A DNA stretch of 64,000 bases from an uncultured Planctomycetota bacterium (GTDB taxonomy: Bacteria; Planctomycetota; Planctomycetia; Isosphaerales; Isosphaeraceae): assembly GCA_963845755.1 (NCBI GenBank), contig CAWJTV010000003.1, positions 1 through 64,000 on the forward strand, given 5' to 3'. The position numbers were made by a program, and so were the translations under genes. The notes under the pieces are model-generated. The model ran no database searches. It had not been told where the DNA came from and saw only the letters and a program-made list of their open reading frames with translations. Each line of letters starts with the position of its first letter. The stretch's first letter is position 1. Below, one piece after another: positions 1-10,924 of the stretch.

Positions 1-54
1 GGGTCGGGTGCATCGTCAACCCGCTTTCGGGCCGGCGACTACGATTCTCTCTTG

Positions 55-212
55 TGCAACCCCGTTGGGGTAGGGGATCTTGTTGGCTCCGAGACCCAGG
101 GTGCGCCTTCGGCGACCCTGGGCTCTGCTGTGGAACGCCTTCGGCGTAAGGAGCCGACGTGGCCGTGCCCCAACGGGGTCACACATCAAAACCCAGGGCC
201 GCCGAAGGCGAG
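55..212. repeat. REP doublet upstream of RAYT
   Basis: Palindromes aaccccgttggggt, cccaggg..ccctggg, acgccttcggcgt, followed by an inverted partial copy (ccccaacgggg..cccaggg..gccgaaggc); same unit recurs at 700-895. Confidence 0.85.
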
Positions 213-239
213 GTGGCAATGCTTGCGGAAGGCGGACCT

Positions 240-692
240 ATGCCCCAGTCGCTCGCTCAGATTTACCTCCACATCATCTTCTCCACGAAGGACCGCGAGC
301 CCTTGCTGATGGACAAAGTCTTTCGTGACGGCTTCACGCCTACCTGGCTGGGACCTGCCAACAGTCCGAAAGCCCTGCTGTGATCATTGGCGGAGTCGCC
401 GACCATGTCCATATTCTGAATCGCCTGGGACGGACGATCGACGTGGCGACCTTGATTCGCGAGCTGAACGCGACAGTTCGAAGTGGGTCAAGGACAATGA
501 GCCGAAGTTGCGGGGATTCCATTGGCAAGCCGGGTATGGCGCGATTCTGTCAGTCCCTCCCATGTCGACGCGTTGGTGGAATACATCAAGAATCAAGACG
601 AGCACCACCGGGCAGTCACGTTTCAACAGGAGTTCCGTCGCATTTGCAAGAAGTACGGGATTGCGATCGATGAGCGTTACGTTTGGGATTGA
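240..692 (+). CDS. REP-associated tyrosine transposase (RAYT, IS200/Y1 HUH superfamily), frameshifted
   Basis: MPQSLAQIYLHIIFSTKDR, GGVADHVHIL (HUH), SSKWVK, FHWQAGYG, YIKNQDEHH, ERYVWD across several frames; REPs on both sides. Confidence 0.9.
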
Positions 693-699
693 GCGTTGT

Positions 700-895
700 G
701 GAACCCCGTTGGGGTACGGGAGAAACCTGGCCAAGGATACCCAGGGTGCGCTGCGACCCTGGGCTCTGCTGTGGAACGCCGTTGGCGTAAATTCATTTCC
801 CCGAAGGGGATACACATCAAAGCCCAGGGTCGCCGAAGGCGAGCCCTGGGTTCACAACCAACCCCCTTGGGATTCCTACGCTGAAAGCGTTGCAC
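700..895. repeat. REP doublet downstream of RAYT
   Basis: Near-direct repeat of the 55-212 unit (ctgggctctgctgtggaacgcc; acacatcaaa.cccaggg.cgccgaaggcga). Confidence 0.85.
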
Positions 896-1027
896 AACCC
901 AACCCAGGCTCGGCAGGCAGGCCTGGGGGCGAGGTCGTCAGAAGCCCCGTCGCCTCCGAAGATGTTCATCGCAGTGGTCAGGAGACCCACGCCGAGCGCG
1001 TTCGAGGTTCAGGTTTCTGTGCAGCGC

Positions 1028-4000
1028 TCAGTGGTTCTCGGGGCGCGGAAGCGGCTCACCGAACGGTCGGGTTCCGCGATCGCCCCTCCGACGTGCCCGG
1101 GCTCGCCGGATCGCCCGGGGTGCAGCCGTCGCCGTGATCAGGACCGCCGCCGTCGCGATCGGCAGCGCGAGCCGCCCGCGACCCGCCGCGAGCCGCTCGC
1201 CCTGCGGTCCGCCGTCACCTCGGGGCCCCGCTACCGGCAAACCCTCGGCCACCAGCTCGGCGATGGCCGCATCAGCCGCGACGGCGGGACCACTCGGCGG
1301 GGAAGACGAGGACCGACGATCGGAGGACGGTGCCGAAACCGGTGGCGGCGCCGGCGGCGCCGTACGGTTCGGACGGGAGACCGGGCCAGCCCTGGCATCC
1401 TCCATCAATCCGGCCCGCTCCATCACGCCACGCGCACCTGCTCCCACGCCTGCTCCAGCCCCGTCGCGATCCGATCCCACACCGGAAGGCTCGTGGGCGC
1501 AGGGGCGGCAGCGACCGGTCCTGAGGCGGGACCCGGATCGTCGGCCCCCTCGACCGATGGCTCGGGGCGGTCGTTGCGGGCCGGCTGACCGAGCGAGCCC
1601 GGGCCGGTCCCCGGCAGGGTGTTGGCCAGAAGCGCCACGCCCCCCTCCACGTCCGCAAACCCCGCAAACTCGCCTGCGACGATCGAGACGGTGAACAGCG
1701 GCGCGATCAGGCTCAGCGTCGTCCCGTTGGCACTCAGGAGCTGCGCCACCTGCTGGAACGTGCCCACCGTCGCCGACGCCAGCGCCGAGCTTGACGATTC
1801 CCCCGCCCCGGCACCCAGCCCCGCGCCGGAGAGCGTCACGCCCGGGCTCAGCGCGAAGGCCATCTCCGTCGCCACCTCACGGCCCGACGTGCTGGCGTAG
1901 AAGCTCAGCGTGCCGTCGGAGACCCCGGCGAAGCTCAACCCGGTCGGCTCGGGCACCGCGGGGCTGGTCAACGTCTGGGACAGGCTCAGGCCGCCCGGGC
2001 CGCCCAGCAACAGCGCCAGATGGCCGTCGCCGTTGTTGCCCACCACCAGGTCGGTGAACCCGTCGCCGGTGAAGTTGCCGGCAAACCCGGAGGTCGGCGC
2101 GTCGCCGCCGGTCGCGAACGTCTGGGTGGGCGGGTGTAACGCACCCAGGTCGGTGATCAGCGTGCCGTCGTTCGACCCGGTGTTGAGCGTGGCCAGTCCC
2201 TGGCCCAGCCCGTTGAAATCCCCCAGGAACAGCGAGGACGGCGACTGGCCGACGGGGACCGTCGTGACCGCCTTCTTCTGATCGTTGAAGAACCCGCCGC
2301 CGACGCCGGGGAAGATCTGGACGTCATCGGCCCCGCTGTTGGCCACGGCCAGGTCGGTCTGACCGCTGCCCAGCAGGTCGCCCACGGCCACCGCGACCGG
2401 ACCGGCGCCGGTCTGGACCCGCGGGCCTGGGATCATCGTCCAACTCGGCCCTTTGCCCTGGCCCAAAAGCACCGAGACGTCGTTGGAGCCGGTGTCGGCG
2501 ACCAGCAGGTCGGGCTGTCCGTTGAGATCGGCTACGGCCAGGCCAGTCGGATCCGTGCCGACGGGAAAGCCCTGCGTGCCGTTGATCGGCGGGCCGAACT
2601 GGCCGTTGCCCAGACCGGGATAGACCAGCACATTGTTGCCGCCACTATTGGCGACGATCAGGTCGGGGATGTCGTCCTCCGGATTCTCACTCGGAATGAG
2701 GTCGGCCAGCAAGACGGCACCCGGGGCGAGGATCCCCGTGGCCTGGTCGCCGACGACGTGGGAGTTGGTGGAACTCGGGTTCGGAGAGCCGTAGACGACC
2801 GTGATCTGATTGAGGGACTGGTCGGCGTAGACGAAGTCGCGGGCGCCGTTGCCGGTGAGGTCGGCGACGGCCAGGGCGATGTCGGCCTTCACCGGCTCAA
2901 ACGGCCGGAAGGTGCCGTCACCGTCGCCGACCAGGATCAGGACGTCGCCATAGGCGTTGCCGACCAGGAGGTCGAGTTGGCCATTACCCAGGACATCAGC
3001 GACGGTCAATCCGCTGGGATCGACGCCGGCGTCGTAGGTCACCGGGGGCGAGAAACCGCCTTTGCCGTTGCCGAGATAGATGCTCGCGCCTTGGGCGGTG
3101 AGCACCGCCAGATCGGCGATGCCGTCCCCGTTGAAGTCGGCCATATGCACCACCTCGGCGGGGCTCGCGGTTTCGGTGGTTACGGGATTGGCGAAGGACC
3201 ATCCTCCGCCGAGGTTCGCGAGCACGTCGAGTGTGTTCGCGCCGGGGTTGATCGTCACCAGGTCGTTCGGACCGTCGGGCGTCAGCGGCCCGCCGGCCAC
3301 GCCGGCTGTCGCCTCCAGGCTGGTCACCTCGGGTGTGCTGCCGGGATCGATCGCAGATGCGCCCGTCCCGGCGCGATACGGGACCAGGGCCGCGAAGCGG
3401 TCGTCGCCGTCGTTGTACAGGACGCCCACCTGGCCGGTCAGCTTGTTGGTCACCACCAGGTCGAGGTGGCCATCGGCGTTGGTGCTGATCGCCTGGACGT
3501 CGGAGACGCCCAATCCCACCGGGATCGAGAGCGGCGGCAAGAAAGGCTGGTCGAAGCCAGTGAGGAAGCTGCCGAGCTGGTTGTTGAAGAAGACCGTCAG
3601 GGTGCCATCGCCGGCATTGCGGACGATCAGGTCGTCCCAACGGGACCCATTGAGGTCGGCCGCGATGATCTGGGCCGGGAGCTGGCCGGTGGTCAAGGAT
3701 CCCACCGGGACGAAGCCGCCGTCGCGGTAGGCAAAGAACGAGATCGCATCGTCCTGGGCGTCGACGCTGGCCAGCAGCGGGCCGTCCATCGTGTTGGGTA
3801 CCCAGGCGATGTCGCGCGAGGGGTATTCCACGGCTCCCGTTGAGGGATCGATCGGCTGGACCGTGACGGGTGGCTCGAAGCTGCCAGGCTGGCCAGGAAT
3901 ACCCTGGCGATAGAGGATATTTCCGGCCCCGTCGACCACCAGCACGTCGTCGGTGCCGTCGCCGGAGACGTCGGCCACCAGGGGCGTGGCATGAGGTGAG

Positions 4001-7000
4001 GTGGCGAGCTGGCCGGGGTCCGTAAACGTGCCGTCGCCGTTGCCCAGCAGCACCGACACGGTGTCGTCCAAGAGGTTTGGGGTGGCCAGGTCAAGACGGC
4101 CGTCGCCCGTGAAGTCCCCGGCCACGATGGTTCCTAGCAACGAGTCCGCGGCGTAGGAGACCGGCGGCTGGAAGGTGCTGTCCCCGTTGCCCAGGAGCAC
4201 CGAGATTTCGCCCACATCAGTTTGGGTGACTGAGCTATAGTAGTAGCTTGTCACGGCCAGGTCGAGGTGGCCGTCGCCGGTGAAGTCGCCGGCCGCCAGA
4301 TAACCGTTATAACCGTTGATCGCCGCCGCGACGGTCTTCGCAGGCTGAAACGTACCGTCGCCGTTGCCCAGCAGCATCTGGATGCCACCACTGTCCACGA
4401 CCAGGTCAAGCTTGCCGTTGCCGGTGAAGTCGCCGGCCACCAGTTGACTGCTGCCCCCCGCCGCGTATTCCTTCGCGGGTTGGAAGGTTCCATCGCCGTT
4501 GCCCAGGAGCACTGAGACCTCACCCACAACGGTGTTGGTGGCGGGGTCCTGGTAGTCGTTACCTGCCACGGCGAGGTCGAGCCGACCATCGCTGTTGAAG
4601 TCACCAGCGACGATGGAGAATGGCGACTCCCCCGTGGCGTACCGTTGGGCGGGTTGGAAGGTCCCATCGCCGTTGCCCAGCAACACATACACGCCACCTG
4701 GGTCGGTTCCCGGAGGATACATGTCTTCATTGCCTTGACAGGCAACGGCGAGGTCGAGTATGCCGTCGCCGGTGAAGTCACCCGCCACGATCCCATCGGG
4801 GTTCTCCCCCACCGCGTAGGTGATCTGGCGCTGGAACGTGCCGTCGCCGTTGCCCAGCAGCACCGACACCGTGTTGTCACCGGAGTTGGCGACGGCTAAG
4901 TCGGTCCGCCCGTCGCCGTTGAAGTCGCCCGCAACGATGGCATCTGGAAGCAGCCCCACCGCATAGGTGACTTGGGGCTGGAACGTGCCGTCACCCTTGC
5001 CCAGAAACACCGACACGCTGTTTCCGAGGGCGTTCGTGACAACCAGGTCGGTGCGGCCGTCGCCGTTGAAATCGCCCGTAGCAATCGAAGTCGGCCCTCC
5101 ATCCGCCGCGTTGGTGACCGTTGACTGGAAGGTGCCGTCACCGTTGGCCAGCAGAACCGAGACGCTCGGTCCGTTATCGAGGGCCAGGTCGGTGCGACCG
5201 TCTCCCGTGAAATCGCCCGCCACGATGGATTGGCCGCCCCCGAAACCATAAGCAATGGACCCGGCCTGCACCCCCCCCACCACGTCGGTGACCGGTGGCT
5301 GGAAGGTGCCGTCACCGTTGCCCAGCAACAGCGACACGGTCTCCTTTGAGCCAAAATAGTATGTGACAGCCAGGTCGGTGCGGCCGTCGCCGGTGAAGTC
5401 ACCATCCGCCATGCCTTCGGGGGATACGTCGCTCTCCGCCACCGTGTCGGTGACCGGGGGCTGGAACGTCCCGTCGCCGTTGCCCAGGAGCACCGAGACT
5501 TCACCGTAGCCGGTGGAATTGTCGGTACCAGCAACGGCCAGGTCGAGGTGACCGTTGCCGGTGAAATTGCCCGCCACCATGGGCATGGGGAAGAATCCAG
5601 TGAACCCGAGCGCGTAGGTGACCGGCGGCTGGAACGTGCCGTCGTCGTTGGCCACGAGCACCGAGACTTCGCCCACATCGGCGTTGGTGCCGAAGTTGTA
5701 GCCTGCCACGGCGAGATCGGTGCGTCCGTCGCTGGTGAAGTCACCCGCCACGAGCGATCCTGGGGAAGACTCCTCCACGGCATATTGGCTTGCGGGCTGG
5801 AACGTGCCGTCGCCATTGCCCAGGAGCACCGAGACTTCGCCCACATTGGTCTGGGTGACGGAGTTGTAGTTGTAGCCTGCCACGGCCAGATCGATGCGGC
5901 CGTCGCCGTTGAAGTCGCCGGCCACGATGCAGCATACATTATTCTGATTCGTCGTCAACGCCAACCCATCCGCGTATGTCGCCGGTGGCTGAAAGGTGCC
6001 GTCGCCGTTGCCCAGCAGCACCGCAACTCCGTCCACCTCTGTGTTGGTGACGTAGTCGTATTCGAGACCTGCCACGGCCAGGTCGATGCGGCCGTCGCCG
6101 GTGAAATCACCGGCCACCATGTACTCGTAGCCCGACAACCCCGTGGAGTAAAAGATCGGTGGCTGGAAGGTGCCGTCGCCGTTGCCCAGCAGCACCTCCA
6201 CAGCGTAAGAGTCGGCGATGGCCAGATCGAGGTGGCCGTCGCCGGTGAAGTTACCCGCAACCATGGACTCTCCAATGCCGACGGCAGGGCCGGGGTTGAC
6301 TGGGATGGGTTGGAATGGGGCAGACGACAGCGTCATCGAGGCGGTCAAGGTGTAAGTCCCCGCACCGCCTGTGCTCTCGACAACCAGAGAATAACCCCCT
6401 GGGACGAGATCTTGATCGATCACGGGATCCGGATCACTGGGCGAGAGTCCGTCGCTCTGAACGAGCACCCGGCCATGCGAGTCCAGCAACATCAGTTGGG
6501 CCGTGAAACTCCGGGGACTGACGATCGCCAGCAACTGACCTTCCGTCTCCACATCCACATGGTAGACCACAGTCGAGCCGCCGTCGGTTTGCTGTTGTGG
6601 CAAGCTGGAGATATCGGACTGGAGGGTCAAGTCCCCCGAGGAGGGAACCGATGCGAAGTCGAAGCCGTGAAAGACGCCGGCGGAGGTGATCAGACCGCCG
6701 ATCGTGTTGTTCGCTCCGTAAGAGCCGAAGCCGAACCCCACATAGCTGAGCGCGTTGCCGAGGGCCACCGTGCCGGTGATGTCAGTTCCGATCGTGTTGC
6801 CGGCGACGACATTGCCGTTGGCACCTTGCCCGTTGATCATGACGCCGTAGCCTGTCAAGGGTTCTTGAGGTGCGGGACCGTTCCCCGCGATCAAATTGCC
6901 GGCACCCGAGGTCGTGCCGCCGATCGTGTTACTGGCGGCGTACTCGATATCGATTCCGTTGGACCGGTTGACCAGGGCCACGCTCCCCGTTGCATCCGTC

Positions 7001-8398
7001 CCGATTTTGTTCCCAGCGACGACGTTGCCGTTCGCACCGGAGACGATCAAGACGCCGTCGTAGCCGTTGCCCGAGATCACGTTTCCTTCGTCGCTGACTG
7101 CCGCGCCGCCGTTCGGGTTCACTCCGATCCAGTTGGAAGACGCACCATTTATGAAAACGCCCGTGCCGGCATTACCCAGGGCGACTCCCCCCGTGAGATC
7201 GGTCCCGATCTTGTTCCCGGCGATGACGTTGCCGTCCGAGCCGTAGGAGATATCGACGCCGTCATCGCCGTTGCCGGAAATCAAATTCCCGAGGTCACCG
7301 ATTGCCGCACTACCGTTGGGATTAACCCCGATCCAGTTAAGGGAAGCGCCGTGTGCTAGGAAGACACCGTTGTTGGCGATGCCCAGGGAAAGTGTCCCGG
7401 TCACGTCGGTCCCGATGAAGTTGCCGGCCACGATGTTGTCGTCGGTACCGGGACCGACGAGGTCGATGCCATCATTCGCGTTACCCGGCGATCACGTTGC
7501 GCTCGCCGACGTCATCAACACTTTGCCCGTCGGTGCCGATCCGATTGCCAGAGGCGCCCCCCTGGATCACGACACCGCCCCCGATGTTGAATCCGTAGGA
7601 GTTTCCGGAGATGCTGTATGGGTAGTAAGCCGGTGAAGTGCCATTATCCAGGGCGACATCCCCGCTGACGGTCGTGCCGATGAAGTTGCCCGCGACGGCA
7701 TTGCCATCCGCCCCGTGGCCGTTGACCCAGATCCCCGCGAACTGGTTGCCGGAGATCACGTTCCGCTCGGCCGCGTCGCTGACGCCGTCTCCATTGGTCC
7801 CGATGAGATTGTTGGCAGCTCCCCCGTCGATCTCGACGCCGACGTTGTTCGGCTCGGCCTGCGTGCCGGTCGGATCGGTGCCGAGGAAGTTGCCATAGAT
7901 CCAGTCCCCTGTGGCGCCAGTGCCCGTGAGGTGGATGCCGGCGCCTTGGATGAAGCTGTCGATATCCAGTCCGCGGACGGTGACCTTCGGCGCGGTGATC
8001 AGCAGCCCGTCGCCGGTGCCGACCTGGGTTCCGCTCAGCTCGATCAACGGCGTGCCCGAGTAGCCGGGTTGGGATTCGCCGTCGATCAGCACGGGAACGG
8101 TGATCGTCGGAAGGGAGGAGAGCGGGGCGATCGTTTGCACCGCGGTCGCCGGGATGGCGAAGTCGATGGTATTCGTCGTTCCCGTAGCGGCGTCGGAATC
8201 GAGGATGGCCTGTCGGAGCGAGCCGGGGCCGCTGTCGTCGGTGTTGGTGACCAGGAACGTCGAGAGCACGGTCCGGTCTTCCAGCCATTCGCAGCGAGGC
8301 CGGTTGCGGCGGGCCAGGACGGGCGACCGGAGCACGGCGACGCGTCGCTGATGGCGACGGCGGTTGCGGTGGGGCAGGATGGAGATCGCGAGGTTCAT
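1028..8398 (-). CDS. Giant secreted/surface FG-GAP (VCBS-like) repeat protein with N-terminal beta-helix-like repeats and putative C-terminal membrane anchor; frameshifts near 7490 and 1430
   Basis: GGAGG then ATG at 8398; RRNRPRCEWLEDRTVLS planctomycete export motif; GNxIGTD repeats; 14 well-conserved GDFxGDGxxDL..LLGNGDGTF repeats plus degenerate ones; hydrophobic-plus-Arg tail in ORF 1028..1480. Confidence 0.85.
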
Positions 8399-8675
8399 GG
8401 GATCGAATCCTCCCGACGTCGGAGGGGGTTGCTTGGTCGTTTCGCGGGTGAAGCTTTTCTCGAGCGCATAACCGTTGTGTTGCACATGCTCAAAGCCCTC
8501 TCCCGAAGAACCCCCCGAACCCCCCCTTCGCAAGGGGGGACAAGAACTGGACGATCTGCCTCAATTGTCCCCCCCTTGCGAAGGGGGGGTTCGGGGGGTT
8601 CTGATCCCTCAGGCCCGCTGATCGACACGTCGGCGATTGAATCCCGATCACCCCCCGAACCCCCCCTTCGCAAGG

Positions 8676-10253
8676 CAGTGAGTTCAGGGTCTTGGCGTTC
8701 CACCGCGGACCCGAGGTCCGTATCATAAATACCCATCGGATTGCACCTTCGGTCCTCTCAGGAGTCCTTCGGTTATGGAGGTCGCCGTCTTTTCCGCAGC
8801 CGTCCGGAGTCCTTCGGTCCTCAACGACACCCCGTTTGCCGCCGAGGTGCTGAGTCGGCTTCCTCTGGCCGACTCGGTGTGGCGGTTGCTGCACTACGCG
8901 ATGGCGGATTCGTGGCTGGATGATCTCTGGGCGCAAATCGCGGGCCCTGCTTCGAGAAGCAGTTGAAGTTCCGCACGCTGGCCCATCTGATCACCGATGC
9001 CTTGATCGAGCACGAGGGGAGTGGCTACCAGGCCTTCACGCGGGCCCAGGAACAGGGCACGCTGCCGGTCTCGATCACCTCGTCCTATGACAAGTTGGGG
9101 AACCTGCCCCTGCCCCTCAGCGAGGCCCTGCTCGCCGAAGGCACCCAGCGGCTCAACGCGGTCCTGCCTGAGACCCTGGCCGTGGACCCGTTGCCGGCGT
9201 GTTGGGCCGGGTTCGAAGTCTTCGGGGCCGACGGCAAGGCGATCAAGCACGTTCGCCGGCTCCTCAAGCCGTTGCGCGGCTTGCAGGCGGGGATCCTGGT
9301 GCGCGGGCGTCGGTGGGCTTGGACCTGCGGACGGGCCTGGCCGTCGCGATGGTGGGCCACCTCGACGGCGAAGCCGGTGAAGCGGCTCTCACCGAGGGCC
9401 TGCTGCCGAAGTTGGCGGAGTTGGCCGGGGAGAAGTTGTGGTTGGTGGTCCTGGACCGACTCTACTGCAACCTGAGTTTTCCCCGGGAGGTGTTGAAGGC
9501 CGGCGGCCATTTCCTGATCCGCTACTGCAGCAACACGACGTTCGTTGCCGATGCGTCCCGGCCGGCGCAGGAGCTCCGCGACGCCGACGGGCGCCGGATC
9601 GTGCAGGAGTGGGGCTGGCTGGGCAAGGTCGCCAAGGCCGACCGCGTGTACGTGGCCGGATCACCAAGCATCTGGCCGACGGCAAGGAGTTGGGCGTGAT
9701 CACCGACCTGTTGGACGAGGCGACGTATCCCGCCGAGGCGATGCTCACGACGTATCACAGTCGCTGGAGTTTGGAGACGGTCTTCCAGCAGATCACCGAC
9801 GTGTTCTCGCTGAAGCACCTCATCGGCACGCAGCCGAAGGCGGTCCTGTTCCAGTTGTCGTTCTGCCTGCTGCTGTACAACGCCCTGCAAGTCGTGCGGA
9901 CGCACCTGGCATCGCATCAAGAGTGTGAGGCCAAGGCGATCTCCAACGAGAAGCTCTTCGGTGACGTGGAGCGGCAAATGGTGTCGGTCAGCGAGTTGGT
10001 TGAGGTCAAGACGTTGCTGTCGTTGCTGGGCGCCGTGCCGACGGCGAGTGAGGTGCGCACGTACTTGCGGGAGCGGTTGCGCAGGCGCCTGGAGCGACCG
10101 TTGGTGGAAGGCGCCCAGCTCCGGCCGTGGCGGTCATCAGAAAGTCAAGAAGCGTGTGCTCGGCAACCATACGTCGACCTACCGGGTTCTCCAGCAAGCA
10201 CATGAGCAAAAGACGGGGCCCCCTAGAGCCAGAGGAAAACCCTGAACTCACTG
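8676..10253 (+). mobile_element. IS4-family-like insertion sequence
   Basis: Terminal inverted repeat cagtgagttcagggt / accctgaactcactg (15 bp perfect); 11-bp direct repeat ccttcgcaagg at 8665-8675 and 10254-10264. Confidence 0.92.
8775..10245 (+). CDS. DDE transposase (IS4-like), multiple frameshifts
   Basis: VFGADGK, VVLDRLYC, GVITDLLD, YHSRWSLETVFQQ (YREK-like) in ORFs 8775, 8963, 9199, 9438 and 9925. Confidence 0.85.
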
Positions 10254-10652
10254 CCTTCGCAAGGGGGGGACGAAGGGCGGGGGCATACTCCGCCTGTCGA
10301 GGACCTCTCGTTCGATCGCTTCGAGCACACCATCGAGGTTCTCGTAAATGTCGAGGTTCAAGAATCTCACGATCTTGATCCCGAACGACTCGATGAACGC
10401 CTGGCACTTCTGGTCGTATTCGCCCGCCCCTTCCTGAAAATGGGTGTCTCCATCCAGCTCGATGCCCAGCTTGATCTCGGGTGAATAGAAATCCAGCACG
10501 AAGGCTCCGATACTGTATTGCCGGCGAAACTTGCATCCCAACATTTGACGCCCCTTGAGCCGTAGCCAGAGGAGCACTTCCGCCTTGGGCATCGAGTTGC
10601 GGAGCTCCTGGCGTTTGTCCTTTTCGGTTTCGCGGTTGAAGAATTCGTTCAT
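10248..10652 (-). CDS. DUF559 family (Vsr-like) endonuclease
   Basis: RQELRNSMPKAEVLLWLRLK..KFRRQYSIGAFVLDFY..KLGIELDGDTH..GIKIVRF; stop codon supplied by the IS end. Confidence 0.9.
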   Translation of the reverse strand: MNEFFNRETEKDKRQELRNSMPKAEVLLWLRLKGRQMLGCKFRRQYSIGAFVLDFYSPEIKLGIELDGDTHFQEGAGEYDQKCQAFIESFGIKIVRFLNLDIYENLDGVLEAIEREVLDRRSMPPPFVPPLRRQ

Positions 10653-10924
10653 GGTCGTGCTCCTAACGCTTTCTTGTCCCCCCTTACGAAGCGGGGTTCT
10701 GTGATTGAGGCTATTGCGTCTACATACCTCGAAGCTAGGCTCATCCACCCCCCCAACCCCCCCTTCGCAAGGGGGGGACAATTCAGGTGGGCCGGCCCCG
10801 GTCTTTTCCCCCCCTTGCGAAGGGGGGGTTCGGGGGGGGTGTATTCGCATCCCCACGGGGCGTACTCGATTCCATCGTTAGGCGCGTCAGCCGGTGGATT
10901 TCACCGACCCTCCAGGATTCCCCG

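Larger units (their letters stand above)
8460..10890. mobile_element. Composite cassette: degenerate terminal inverted repeats, C/G-run REP hairpins and a DUF559 gene, with a nested IS
   Basis: The first ~140 nt align with the minus strand of 11896-12088; right end ttccatcgttaggcgcgtcag resembles acccaaccgataggcgcgtctcag; cccccc(c)ttcgcaagggggg hairpins at about 8510, 8570, 8655, 10680, 10750 and 10810. Confidence 0.65.

Noticed and set aside
4020..6270. FG-GAP DNA repeats as CRISPR or a diversity-generating retroelement
   Set aside because: They are in-frame coding repeats; no reverse transcriptase and no adenine-specific template/variable pair was seen
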